A stretch of 64,000 nt of DNA from Clostridia bacterium (lineage in GTDB: Bacteria > Bacillota > Clostridia > Christensenellales > QALW01), in the NCBI GenBank assembly GCA_045630945.1, contig JAZQTV010000108.1:39094-103093 (forward strand), given 5' to 3'. The notes below the pieces were generated by a model, which was given only the letters and a program-made list of their open reading frames with translations, had not been told where the DNA came from and searched no databases. This document shows, in pieces, positions 27,386 through 37,311 of the stretch (its first letter is position 1; every line of letters begins with the position of its first letter). Position numbers and translations under genes: made by a program.

Positions 27386-28819
27386 ATGAACTATAAAATG
27401 ATAATTCACACCACCGGTCAAATGATCGGTGTGGGCGCGGCTTGCTTACTTGCTTCTGCAGGTGTATCGCTTTTATACCGTGAAGCAGAGGGCTTCTGGT
27501 TGCTTTTAACCGCATTGATTGCAAGCCTGCTGTTTTTCGCTTCACGCTTTTTTAAGCCTAAGGATACGGTATTCTTTGCAAAGGAAGGTCTTGTTACCGT
27601 TGCGTTAAGCTGGATAGTGCTTTCCATCGTAGGTGCGCTTCCGTTCTTTTTAAGCGGTGAAATACCCAGCTATATCGACAGTATTTTTGAGACCGTTAGC
27701 GGTTTTACCACAACGGGTGCAACCATTTTAGATAATCCCCAGTTATTAAGCCACGGCACTATGTTCTGGCGTTCGCTTACCCATTGGATTGGCGGTATGG
27801 GCGTACTTGTGTTGCTTGTTGCCATTCTGCCTGCCGCACCGGGAAGAAGCATACATATGCTTCGCGCAGAAATGCCCGGTCCCGTTATAGGTAAGCTTGT
27901 GCCGCGTGCAAAGCATACCGCGCGCCTTTTATACATAATCTATATTGTTCTTACCCTGCTTTTGTTTGTGTTTCTTCTTTTAGGCGGCATGCCCCCCTAT
28001 GAAAGCGCAATTCACGCAATGGGCACGGCAGGTACGGGCGGCTTTGGTGTATACGGAAACAGTATTGCAAGCTATTCGCCTTACATACAGTGGGTGATTA
28101 CAATATTTATGTTTGTATTTGCAATCAACTTCAACCTGTTCTTTTTTATAATTATAAAGAGATTTAAGGCAGCTTTTTCAAGTCAGGAATTATGGACCTT
28201 TGTGGGTATAGTTTTTGTTTCGGCAATATTGGTATCGGTTAATCTGTATCAGAACAACCTTTTCCCCACTTTTTCAGAAAGCTTCCGCCACGGTGCGTTT
28301 CAAGTATCATCATACGTCAGCACCTCAGGTTTTGCCACTACCGACCCTAACCTTTGGCCTACGTTTTCAAAATGCGTACTGTTGCTCTTAATGTTTATGG
28401 GCGGCTCGGCAGGCTCTACCGCAGGCGGCTTTAAGGTTGCGCGTATGGTGCTTTTAATAAAGGCGGTACGCAACCGCATCCGCCGTGTTGTAAACCCACG
28501 CGCAGTTAAGGCAGTCCGCTTCGAAGGCAAGGTAATGGATGATGAAAGCGTTTCGGGCATAACCTCGTATATGGCGCTTTACATTATGTGCTTTATTGCT
28601 CTTTTAATGGTGCTTTCACTTGAGCCGTTCAACTTTGAAACAAACTTTTCTGCCGCCGCATCGGTATTTAACAATGTTGGTCCGTTGTTTGGCGAATTAA
28701 GTAATTTCAGCCAATACTCCGTTTTTTCTAAGGTGATACTGTCGTTTGCAATGCTTTTCGGCAGGCTTGAAATCTATCCCATGCTGATACTTTTCTTGCC
28801 TTCAACATGGAAAAAATAA
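27386..28819 (+). CDS. trkH: Trk-type potassium transporter membrane subunit TrkH
   Basis: Polytopic membrane protein with repeated selectivity-filter-like segments (SGFTTTGAT, TAGTGGFG, STSGFATT, GGSAGSTAGGFKV). Confidence 0.85.
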   Translation: MNYKMIIHTTGQMIGVGAACLLASAGVSLLYREAEGFWLLLTALIASLLFFASRFFKPKDTVFFAKEGLVTVALSWIVLSIVGALPFFLSGEIPSYIDSIFETVSGFTTTGATILDNPQLLSHGTMFWRSLTHWIGGMGVLVLLVAILPAAPGRSIHMLRAEMPGPVIGKLVPRAKHTARLLYIIYIVLTLLLFVFLLLGGMPPYESAIHAMGTAGTGGFGVYGNSIASYSPYIQWVITIFMFVFAINFNLFFFIIIKRFKAAFSSQELWTFVGIVFVSAILVSVNLYQNNLFPTFSESFRHGAFQVSSYVSTSGFATTDPNLWPTFSKCVLLLLMFMGGSAGSTAGGFKVARMVLLIKAVRNRIRRVVNPRAVKAVRFEGKVMDDESVSGITSYMALYIMCFIALLMVLSLEPFNFETNFSAAASVFNNVGPLFGELSNFSQYSVFSKVILSFAMLFGRLEIYPMLILFLPSTWKK

Positions 28820-28882
28820 CAAAATTTTTAATGGCATTTCAATTGTGAAATTAATACATTATTAAAGTGATAAAAATTTTGC

Positions 28883-28911
28883 TTGCCAATTTGTATAAAA
28901 TCACATATAAT
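28883..28911 (+). promoter_or_regulatory. Near-consensus sigma-A promoter
   Basis: TTGCCA(28883-28888), 17-nt spacer, TATAAT(28906-28911), about 30 nt upstream of the 28943 start codon. Confidence 0.5.
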
Positions 28912-28942
28912 GTACCCACAATATTAGCCGAGGTGAATTTTA

Positions 28943-29287
28943 ATGTATATTAAATGTCCCAGATGTATGCTTAACTATATCAATGAGGAAACTGAGCAGT
29001 ATTGCAAGGTATGCCTTGTGGATATGGGTAAAATTCAGGGTCAGCCCGAGCTTGAACTTGACGATGATTATAAGCTTTGCCCTGAATGTAATGAAAACTA
29101 CCTTGAGGAAGGCGAAGAACTTTGTTATGCTTGCCGTAACAAGCACATTTCAATGGAAGAGAAGGATGACGATTCCATTGACGATTATGATGATGACGAT
29201 ATGCTTCCCGATACCGTCGAGGATTCCCTTGAGGTAATGGCTGAAATGGAAGAGGAAGAAGAGGAAAAGGAAGAAGAGGAAGAATAG
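28943..29287 (+). CDS. Small double-zinc-ribbon protein with a polyacidic tail
   Basis: CPRC...(12)...CKVC and CPEC...(13)...CYAC, followed by DDDSIDDYDDDDM...EMEEEEEEKEEEEE. GAGG RBS. No recognisable family. Confidence 0.5.
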   Translation: MYIKCPRCMLNYINEETEQYCKVCLVDMGKIQGQPELELDDDYKLCPECNENYLEEGEELCYACRNKHISMEEKDDDSIDDYDDDDMLPDTVEDSLEVMAEMEEEEEEKEEEEE

Positions 29288-29316
29288 CCTCTTTTATTCT
29301 CTGTCAAACCAAAATG

Positions 29317-29350
29317 AAAAACGAGGATCTTTTAAAGACCCTCGTTTTTT
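29317..29350. terminator. Bidirectional intrinsic terminator
   Basis: Imperfect 10-bp stem acgaggatct(29321-29330)/agaccctcgt(29336-29345) with a 5-nt loop, an A-run upstream and T6 downstream. It lies between convergent genes. Confidence 0.6.
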
Positions 29351-29356
29351 GTTTTG

Positions 29357-30085
29357 TTATGAATTTTTATATGCGTTACATACCTCAAGGGCATCACCTA
29401 ACATTTTAAGTTTGCCTTTTTCAAGCCACGCACAATGCTTGCAAAGCCTTTCTATCTGCTCAATGGAATGGGATACGATAATAACCGTGGTATCATCGTT
29501 TATCATTTCGTTGATACGTCTTTCACATTTTTCCTGAAAGTGAAAGTCACCTACCGCAAGGATTTCATCCACGATAAGTATATCAGGCTTGGTGATAGTT
29601 GCAATAGCAAAGCCTATTCTTGCCACCATACCCGAAGAATAATTCTTCATAGGCGCATCAAGAAACTCACGCATTTCGGAGAAATCAACGATCTCGTCAA
29701 ACTTCTCGTCCATAAACTTTTTGGAATAGCCAAGTACGGAGCCGTTAAGATAGATATTTTCCCTTGCAGTAAGCTCCATATCAAAGCCTGCACCCAATTC
29801 GATAAGCGGTGCAATTGTGCCAACCGTTCTTACCGAGCCCTTTGTGGGAGTAAGTATACCTGAAATAACCTTTAATATGGTGCTTTTTCCGCTTCCGTTA
29901 AGACCCACGATGCCGAAAACGTCACCCTTTTCAATATTGAAGCTGACATTATCAAGTGCAACGAAATCTTCAAACATAAGCTTGCCCTTTACAAGACGCA
30001 AAAAGTATTCCTTAATGCTGTCAAGCCGTTCCTTGCTCATATTAAAGTGCATTTCTATATTTTTTAATTCAACTGCATTTTCCAT
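29357..30085 (-). CDS. Polysaccharide/teichoic-acid export ABC transporter ATP-binding protein (TagH/Wzt-like, short form)
   Basis: GLNGSGKST (Walker A), YSSGM (signature-like) and ILIVDEILAVGD (Walker B), the typical ABC_tran of TagH type. Confidence 0.85.
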   Translation of the reverse strand: MENAVELKNIEMHFNMSKERLDSIKEYFLRLVKGKLMFEDFVALDNVSFNIEKGDVFGIVGLNGSGKSTILKVISGILTPTKGSVRTVGTIAPLIELGAGFDMELTARENIYLNGSVLGYSKKFMDEKFDEIVDFSEMREFLDAPMKNYSSGMVARIGFAIATITKPDILIVDEILAVGDFHFQEKCERRINEMINDDTTVIIVSHSIEQIERLCKHCAWLEKGKLKMLGDALEVCNAYKNS

Positions 30086-30096
30086 AAGCTACACCC

Positions 30097-30897
30097 TTAA
30101 ATGTGAAGAATAAATTTCTTTTGTGCTTTTGCAAAAATCAGACTACCCAATATTAACGTACCAAACGAAACTGCAATACAGATAAGATTAAAACTCATAT
30201 CCGGAATAACGCCATCCATAACGACGTTTCTGAAATACGTTACAAAGTAGTACATAGGATTGCATTTTACAAGCATTTCAATCTTACTGCCTTCAAGCAT
30301 ACTCATAGGATAAATAATGGGTGTTACGTACATCCAAGCAGTAAGAACTACACCGTAAAGATGCTGAACGTCTCTGAAATACACGGTAAGTGCACTTAAA
30401 ATAAGGCTCATACCCACGCTGAAGATAAGACAAAGAATAATGGGTACCGGTGCAAGTGCAAGCGTCCATGTGGGATATACCTTTTGAATAAGCATAACCG
30501 CAACCACCGCAATAAGACTGAACAAAAAGTTCACCAACGCAAACAAGCACTTTTCAACGGGGAAGATATACTTTGGTATATACACCTTCTTTATCAATGA
30601 CGAGCCTATTATTATAGACGGCATTGAAAGGGACGTTGCTTCTGAAAAGAAGTTCCATATTGACCAGCCAACCATATAGTACGTCGCAAAATTTTCAACG
30701 GAAATATTTAAAAGAATACCAAATACGCTGGTTATAACAAGCATTGTGAATAACGGATTCAAAATACTCCACAAAATACCTAAAAACGAACGGCGGTATT
30801 TTAACTTAAAATCCTTGCCCGTCAAATTTAAAAGCAACGGATAAAACTTTTTAACGTCATTTACAAAATGCTTTATTCCTTTTGCATTACTGTCCAA
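30097..30897 (-). CDS. ABC-2 type transporter permease (TagG/Wzm-like)
   Basis: 266 aa with about 6 TM helices. The N-terminal DFKLKYRRSFLGILWSILNP motif is typical of Wzm/TagG permeases. Confidence 0.8.
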   Translation of the reverse strand: MDSNAKGIKHFVNDVKKFYPLLLNLTGKDFKLKYRRSFLGILWSILNPLFTMLVITSVFGILLNISVENFATYYMVGWSIWNFFSEATSLSMPSIIIGSSLIKKVYIPKYIFPVEKCLFALVNFLFSLIAVVAVMLIQKVYPTWTLALAPVPIILCLIFSVGMSLILSALTVYFRDVQHLYGVVLTAWMYVTPIIYPMSMLEGSKIEMLVKCNPMYYFVTYFRNVVMDGVIPDMSFNLICIAVSFGTLILGSLIFAKAQKKFILHI

Positions 30898-30914
30898 GGT
30901 AACATCTCCTATCC

Positions 30915-32930
30915 TTATTTAAGGCGATAATCCGAGTAATCCAATGAGAAATGGGGATTAAAGTACGGATCGCCATCATCAAGAATCTTCTTCCAACGGT
31001 TTCTGAATTTCTCACACTCTTCTTCAAAGCGCGCCACGTTTTTAGTATCGGTATCGCTTCCGCGGCTGATTGATTCGTAGTGATAAAGTTCTGCCATAGG
31101 TGTGAACACGTTAAGATAGCCTTTTTCCCTTAAACGCAAGCAGAAATCAACATCGTTAAACGCAACTGCAAACGAGGTGTCAAGTCCGCCAACCTCCTGA
31201 TAAAGAGCTTTTCTTATCATAAGGCACGCACCTGTAACCGCACTTGTATTACGCGCATAGCAAAGCCTGCCCATATAACCAACGTTTGCATTATCAACGC
31301 CGTAGTTTTCGTGGCCTGCAGTTCTGTGTTCGCCCATACCGATTATTATACCTGCGTGCTGAATGGTGTTATCGGGGTAAAGAAGCTTTGCACCTACTGC
31401 CGCAACATCATCACGCTGCGCGTACATAAGGAGCTGCTGAAGCCAATCAAGCGTAATAATTTCAGTATCGTTATTAAGTAATACAACGTATTCGCCGTTT
31501 GCCTGTTCAACTGCAACGTTATTGATATCGGAATAGTTAAATTCCTTTTCGTATTTGATAACTCTTACACCGAACACCGTGCTGATGTATTCGTAGTATT
31601 CAAACAATTCCTTATCGTCACTGTTATTTTCAACCACGATTATCTCATAGTTATCGTAGGTGGTTTTAAGAATAATTGAATCAATACACTTTTTAAGGTC
31701 TTCAAGATGGTTGTAGTTAGGAATGATGATTGAAATCATCGGCTCACCTACAAGTTCAAACTCCACGTTATAGATAGTGGGGAATGCCCTTGAACTGAAC
31801 ACCTTACATTCTCTGCCCGTTGTACGAACAATGCTGTCGTGAACAGCCTTTTTACCTGCTTCGATAGCGTACGGCTTTGAATTTATATCAGCCGCAACGG
31901 ATGCCTTGTGTGAACGCCAGAAATACAGAAGCTTTCTGATATGGAACACCTTGCTTGCATTTTCAGTAAGACGAAGTATCATATCGTGGTCCTGACTTCC
32001 GTCGTATTCGTGGCGGAATCTGCCTGCTTTGTTAAGCAATTCCCTTGAAAATACCGAGAAATGACAGATATAGTTATTTGAACGAAGGTTATCCACCGCA
32101 TAGTCGGGCTTATAATGCATGGTGATAATATTTGTTATATCGTTACCCTCAAACGTTGCCTCGTCGGTATACATAAAATCGGCACCGTGATTGCAGATAG
32201 CAATCATATTTTCATAAAGCGCAGAGGGATGAAGAATATCATCGTGGTCAAAAAGTGCAATATATTCACCTGTTGCCATATCGATACAGGCATTTGTATT
32301 TTCCGAAATGCCCATATTCTTTTCAAGCTTCTTATAAACGATACGTGAATCCTTTTCCTGAAGCTTTTTAACAAATTCGCCAACCTCACCGTGCTGATCG
32401 TCACTTCCATCAGCAAGACAAAGCTCCCAATTCTTATAGGTCTGCTTCTGAACGGATACTATCATATCCTCAAGGAACTTTATGGGCGTATTGTAAAGGG
32501 GTACAAGAATACTGAATTTTATATCCTTATCAAACTTAACCGCCTCTTCGTTCTTGCGCTGTTCATCACTTATTGCGTAATAGTTGCGCACGGGGCCGAT
32601 ATGCATTTCCTTTTTAAAGCGGCGAAGCGTTTCCTTGGGGCCTACCGTAAAAAGTAATCTGAATCCCTTTTTAAGCTTTCTGAAAAAAGCAAACTTCCTT
32701 AAAAACGCCTTGATCTTATCGCCTACAAAACGGAACGGCTTTGTAATTCTCCACCAGCCCGATTTTGTAATGCTGTTATATGCTACCATATAGTTATGCA
32801 GATGTCCTGCCGTTTCCTGCTGCCTTGAACGAAGCTTTTCGTACTTATCGTCAAGCTTTTGAAGTTCTCTTTTAAGTACCGCATTTTCAAGCTTAAGCTT
32901 TTCAATCGAAACGTCTGATTCCTTATTCAT
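30915..32930 (-). CDS. Glycosyltransferase with two GT2 (GT-A) domains and an N-terminal coiled coil
   Basis: Domain 1 is FSILVPLYNTP...LADGSDD...FDHDD. Domain 2 is ISIIIPNYNH...VVENNSDD...LNNDTE. The N-terminus is a heptad-like LKLENAVLKRELQKLDDKYEKL. Confidence 0.8.
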   Translation of the reverse strand: MNKESDVSIEKLKLENAVLKRELQKLDDKYEKLRSRQQETAGHLHNYMVAYNSITKSGWWRITKPFRFVGDKIKAFLRKFAFFRKLKKGFRLLFTVGPKETLRRFKKEMHIGPVRNYYAISDEQRKNEEAVKFDKDIKFSILVPLYNTPIKFLEDMIVSVQKQTYKNWELCLADGSDDQHGEVGEFVKKLQEKDSRIVYKKLEKNMGISENTNACIDMATGEYIALFDHDDILHPSALYENMIAICNHGADFMYTDEATFEGNDITNIITMHYKPDYAVDNLRSNNYICHFSVFSRELLNKAGRFRHEYDGSQDHDMILRLTENASKVFHIRKLLYFWRSHKASVAADINSKPYAIEAGKKAVHDSIVRTTGRECKVFSSRAFPTIYNVEFELVGEPMISIIIPNYNHLEDLKKCIDSIILKTTYDNYEIIVVENNSDDKELFEYYEYISTVFGVRVIKYEKEFNYSDINNVAVEQANGEYVVLLNNDTEIITLDWLQQLLMYAQRDDVAAVGAKLLYPDNTIQHAGIIIGMGEHRTAGHENYGVDNANVGYMGRLCYARNTSAVTGACLMIRKALYQEVGGLDTSFAVAFNDVDFCLRLREKGYLNVFTPMAELYHYESISRGSDTDTKNVARFEEECEKFRNRWKKILDDGDPYFNPHFSLDYSDYRLK

Positions 32931-33116
32931 TGCTTAACACTCCTCATTTCTGAATGAACATTCCTTATTATTTTAGCACACTATGACTCATAAGTCAAAT
33001 TATATCGTTTTTATTGTTTACGCATATAAAAATAGAGTTTTATGTACTTAAAAAGTCTTGTATAAATTTTTTATTGGTGCTATAATATATTTATATTTAT
33101 TGAAGGAGTATTCATT

Positions 33117-34322
33117 ATGAATATTTATGAAAACATCACTACGCCCATTAAATATGAATGTGACGTACTTGTTGCAGGTGGCGGCTTTGGTGGTATTGCG
33201 GCAGCTTTGGCGGCGGCAAGAGAAAACAAAAAAGTTATTCTTATTGAAAAGGAATATATGCTTGGCGGGTTAGGTACTGCAGGTCTTATTGTTATTTACC
33301 TCGCTTTATGCGACGGCTACGGCAAACAGGTTTCCTTCGGTTTAGCTGAACACCTTTTAAGACTTTCACTTAAATATGACGATCATGCAGATTTAGGCAG
33401 AAACTGGTGGGGCAACGAAAAAGGAAGCCGCACCGAAAAGGATAACCGTTTTGAAGCGGTCTTCAATCCTCAGCTTTTTGCTATAACTGCTGAACAGGAA
33501 TTACTTAAGCTTAACGTTAACGTGCTTTACGGCACCTACGCAGTTGCTACCGACGTTAAGGATGACAAAATCAACGCAGTAATCGTTGAAAATAAATCGG
33601 GCAGGCACGCAATAAAGGCAAAAAGCATAGTTGATGCTACCGGCGATGCGGATATTGCACACTTTTCAGGTGCAGGCTGTGACACGTTCAAGCAGGGTAA
33701 TATTCTTGCCGCATGGCATTACCGTTACTCCAAACAGCTTGGCTATAACTTAAAACCTCTCGGTTACTGTGATATTCCCGAAGACCAGAAGACCGAGGAT
33801 AACCACGTAACCACACTTATTGCCCGTCGCTTCTCAGGTCTTGTCGGACAGGAAATTACCGAATACGTTCAGCTTGCACACAAAGCGCTTCTTGACGATA
33901 TATTAAAGTCGCGCGAGGAGTTTGGTGACGATTTAGTACCCGTTACCATGCCAACCATCCCACAGCTTCGTATGACAAGAAAGCTGAAGGGTGAATATTC
34001 ATTAAGTGACAAGGAAATGCACACGTACTTTGAGGATTCCATCGGTATGGTGTCGGATTGGCGCAAGCGCGGTCCCGTGTACGAGGTACCGTTCAGAACT
34101 CTTTATTCAAATAAAATGAAGAATCTTATTATGGCGGGCAGATGCACCTCCGTTACCGAATCAATGTGGGATATAATGCGTGTTATTCCCTGCTGTTCGG
34201 TTACGGGTGAGGCCGCAGGTACTGCCGCTGCCTTGACTGACGATTTTACTACCCTTGACGTTAAGCTTTTGCAGAAAAAGCTTACGGACAACGGTGTTGT
34301 ACTTCACGAAAAGGATCTATAA
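33117..34322 (+). CDS. FAD-dependent oxidoreductase (FAD_oxidored family)
   Basis: The dinucleotide-binding motif CDVLVAGGGFGGIAAALAAA and the later VDATGDADIA are typical of this family. Confidence 0.7.
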   Translation: MNIYENITTPIKYECDVLVAGGGFGGIAAALAAARENKKVILIEKEYMLGGLGTAGLIVIYLALCDGYGKQVSFGLAEHLLRLSLKYDDHADLGRNWWGNEKGSRTEKDNRFEAVFNPQLFAITAEQELLKLNVNVLYGTYAVATDVKDDKINAVIVENKSGRHAIKAKSIVDATGDADIAHFSGAGCDTFKQGNILAAWHYRYSKQLGYNLKPLGYCDIPEDQKTEDNHVTTLIARRFSGLVGQEITEYVQLAHKALLDDILKSREEFGDDLVPVTMPTIPQLRMTRKLKGEYSLSDKEMHTYFEDSIGMVSDWRKRGPVYEVPFRTLYSNKMKNLIMAGRCTSVTESMWDIMRVIPCCSVTGEAAGTAAALTDDFTTLDVKLLQKKLTDNGVVLHEKDL

Positions 34323-34343
34323 ATTACAAGTAGGTGAAATGCT

Positions 34344-35822
34344 TTGAAAAAGATCGGTTTTGATAACGAAAAATACCTGAATATGCAATCCAAGCACATT
34401 CAGGACAGAATAAGTAAATTTGACGGCAAGCTTTATCTTGAGCTTGGCGGCAAGCTGTTTGACGATTATCACGCATCCCGCGTGCTTCCCGGTTTTGAGC
34501 CTGACAGCAAGATAAAAATGCTTATGCAGCTTAAGGACTATGCCGAGATAGTTATTACCATCAACGCAGGCGATATCGAACGCAACAAAATGCGTGGCGA
34601 TCTTGGCATTTCATACGACAATGACGTTATAAGGCTTATTGAAGCCTTCCGCAACCTTGATTTAAAGGTTTCAAGCGTAGTTATGACCTGCTATACAGGT
34701 CAGTATTCGGCTGACATTTTTAAGAAAAAGCTTGTCAATTACGGTGTAAAGGTATATTTGCACTACCCCATCGTTGGCTATCCCAACAACATTCCGCTTA
34801 TTGTTTCCGAGGATGGCTACGGCAGAAACGAATTTATTGAAACAGAAAAGCCGTTGGTTATAGTTACTGCGCCTGGTCCCGGAAGCGGTAAGCTTGCCAC
34901 CTGCCTTTCCCAGCTTTATCACGAGCATAAGCGCGGTGTGCGTGCAGGATATGCAAAGTTTGAAACGTTCCCCGTGTGGAACCTTCCCCTTAAGCACCCC
35001 GTAAACCTTGCTTACGAGGCGGCAACTGCCGACCTTAACGATCTTAATATGATTGACCCCTTCCACCTTGAAGCATATGGCGATATGACGGTAAACTACA
35101 ACCGCGACGTTGAAGCTTTTCCCCTTCTTAAAGCTATGCTTGAGTCCATTTTAGGTGAAAGCCCTTATAATTCGCCTACCGATATGGGCGTTAATATGGC
35201 AGGCAACTGCATTTTTGACGATGACGCAGTATGCGATGCCGCTAAAAAAGAAATCCTTCGCCGCTATTTTAAGGTTAAATGCGATAAGGTAATGGGGCTT
35301 GTTTCAGAAAGTGCCGTTACAAAAACCGAATCCATTATGCAGCAGGCAGGGGTTTCGGTTCAGGACAGAACTGTGGTTAAGTACGCCATCGAAAAGGCAC
35401 GTCAGGCAAACAACCACGCCGTTGCAATCGAGCTTGATGACGGTACAATTGTAACAGGTAAAACCAGTGAGCTTTTAGGCTCCGTTTCCGCCGCACTTCT
35501 TAACGCAATGAAGAAGATGGCAGGCATTGATGATGAAGTTCCGCTTATTGCGCAAAGCTATATTGAGCCTATCGTTAAATTGAAGCGCGAAACGTTCCGT
35601 TCGGCAACATCGCACCTTAATTCAAACGAAATGCTTATTGCACTTTCCTCAAGTGCAACCCTTAATCCCCAAGCCTCAAAGGCACTTGATACAGTTGCAA
35701 GGCTCCGTGGTTGTGAGCTTCATTCTTCGGTTATGCTTTGCTCTGCCGACCAAAAGGTTTTAGGCAAGCTTGGCATCAACTGCACTTGTGAGCCCGTACC
35801 CCGTACAAAAGCTACCTACTAA
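34344..35822 (+). CDS. DUF1846 (UPF0371) family protein
   Basis: TTG start. IGFDNEKYLNMQSKHIQDRI..F.GKLYLELGGKLFDDYHASRVLPGF is the highly conserved N-terminus of UPF0371 proteins. Confidence 0.75.
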   Translation: MKKIGFDNEKYLNMQSKHIQDRISKFDGKLYLELGGKLFDDYHASRVLPGFEPDSKIKMLMQLKDYAEIVITINAGDIERNKMRGDLGISYDNDVIRLIEAFRNLDLKVSSVVMTCYTGQYSADIFKKKLVNYGVKVYLHYPIVGYPNNIPLIVSEDGYGRNEFIETEKPLVIVTAPGPGSGKLATCLSQLYHEHKRGVRAGYAKFETFPVWNLPLKHPVNLAYEAATADLNDLNMIDPFHLEAYGDMTVNYNRDVEAFPLLKAMLESILGESPYNSPTDMGVNMAGNCIFDDDAVCDAAKKEILRRYFKVKCDKVMGLVSESAVTKTESIMQQAGVSVQDRTVVKYAIEKARQANNHAVAIELDDGTIVTGKTSELLGSVSAALLNAMKKMAGIDDEVPLIAQSYIEPIVKLKRETFRSATSHLNSNEMLIALSSSATLNPQASKALDTVARLRGCELHSSVMLCSADQKVLGKLGINCTCEPVPRTKATY

Positions 35823-35850
35823 TTCTTTGACGCTCTAATTTAAAAATTTT

Positions 35851-36717
35851 ATGGAATATTGTAATATTTGCCCGAGGAAATGCAATATTGACCGCACCGA
35901 ACGCACAGGCTTCTGCAAGGCACCTGTTGGCTTTAAAATTGCGCGGGCATCCCTGCACCAATGGGAAGAACCGTGCATTTCCTTTAAAAACGGCAGTGGC
36001 ACGGTTTTCTTTTCGGGTTGTAATTTAGGTTGTGTCTTTTGCCAGAACGAAAGTATATCCCACAAAACCGCAGGCGCATTGGTTTCAAAGGAACGGCTTA
36101 TTGAGATTTTTTACGAATTAAAGGCACAGGGCGCGCATAACATAAATCTTGTTACACCCACGCATTATACGGCACAGCTTGCAGATATTCTTTCACTTTC
36201 ACCGCTTCCTGTCGTGTGGAATTCTTCCGCCTACGAAAGCGTTCAAGCGTTACGGTTGCTTGAAAACAAGGTGGATATTTTTCTTCCCGATCTTAAGTAT
36301 TCTGTAAACAGCGTTGCTAAAAAATATTCAAAATGCGATAATTATTTTGAAACCGCCACGGAAGCTATTTTGGAAATGTACCGTCAACGCGGTGCGTACA
36401 AAATGAAGAACGGTCTTTTAACAAACGGTGTTATAATAAGGCACATGATTTTGCCCGATAACCTTGAAAACACCTACGGTGTTATCGATTGGGTTGCTTC
36501 TACGTTCAAAAAAGGCGAGGTTTTGTTTTCACTTCTTGCGCAGTACACCCCATACTGTTTCCTGCCCTTTGATGAGCTTAACCGCAGAATAACAAAGGTG
36601 GAATATATCAAGGCGCGCAACTATATGCTTAAAAAGGGTATTACCGACGGTTTTGTACAGGAATTATCCTCGGCAAAAGAGGAATATACGCCAAGCTTTG
36701 ATTTAACGGGAGTTTAA
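35851..36717 (+). CDS. Radical SAM protein (PflX-like activase family)
   Basis: The N-terminal Cys cluster is CNICPRKCNIDR..GFC. The radical SAM CxxxCxxC motif appears as GCNLGCVFCQN. Confidence 0.75.
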   Translation: MEYCNICPRKCNIDRTERTGFCKAPVGFKIARASLHQWEEPCISFKNGSGTVFFSGCNLGCVFCQNESISHKTAGALVSKERLIEIFYELKAQGAHNINLVTPTHYTAQLADILSLSPLPVVWNSSAYESVQALRLLENKVDIFLPDLKYSVNSVAKKYSKCDNYFETATEAILEMYRQRGAYKMKNGLLTNGVIIRHMILPDNLENTYGVIDWVASTFKKGEVLFSLLAQYTPYCFLPFDELNRRITKVEYIKARNYMLKKGITDGFVQELSSAKEEYTPSFDLTGV

Positions 36718-36718
36718 A

Positions 36719-37297
36719 ATGTTAATAAAAGAAGCCATTACAAAGCGTTTGTGTATAAAAATAATAAAATCCTATGGTGAGCAAGGCTTTATTGCACTTG
36801 CTTTAGCCCTTCCCCTAAGCTTTTTTCTTCTGTATTTTGGAGTTAAGGTTTCATCATATTGCGGATTAGGCATCTTAACCGTCTTATACTATCTAATCGC
36901 CTGTGCGATTATAGGTTGCGCGCTCTACTTCGTAGCAGATTATGCAACCGACCTTATTAAGCTTTATTCGGGCAAATTTTATATCGTGGAAGCACCTCTT
37001 TTATCGAAAGCGCAAAATGATCATATTTTCTTCCACCGCAGAAGATATTATTCGGATTACATTTTCAAATTTGAAGAATACGGTAGTTACCGCTTTTCGC
37101 GTGATTTATATCCTTGGAGCAAGGAGAACCGTATGGATGCAAAAATGGCTGATATCATCACCGAGAAAAACGAGGAATTTTATTTACTTGTTCGGGGTGG
37201 TAAAAGAAAGAAAATAGTCGCAGTATTTCACAAGAAATTTTTTTGTTTAAGCGATACGGATTTTAATTCTAGCCTTTACGGCAAATATTACTTATGA
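36719..37297 (+). CDS. Hypothetical membrane protein (2 TM helices + soluble C-domain)
   Basis: The ORF starts 2 nt after the radical SAM stop. It has two hydrophobic helices (FIALALALPLSFFLLYF, LTVLYYLIACAIIGCALYF). No family recognised. Confidence 0.4.
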   Translation: MLIKEAITKRLCIKIIKSYGEQGFIALALALPLSFFLLYFGVKVSSYCGLGILTVLYYLIACAIIGCALYFVADYATDLIKLYSGKFYIVEAPLLSKAQNDHIFFHRRRYYSDYIFKFEEYGSYRFSRDLYPWSKENRMDAKMADIITEKNEEFYLLVRGGKRKKIVAVFHKKFFCLSDTDFNSSLYGKYYL

Positions 37298-37311
37298 TGA
37301 GGTGATTTATT

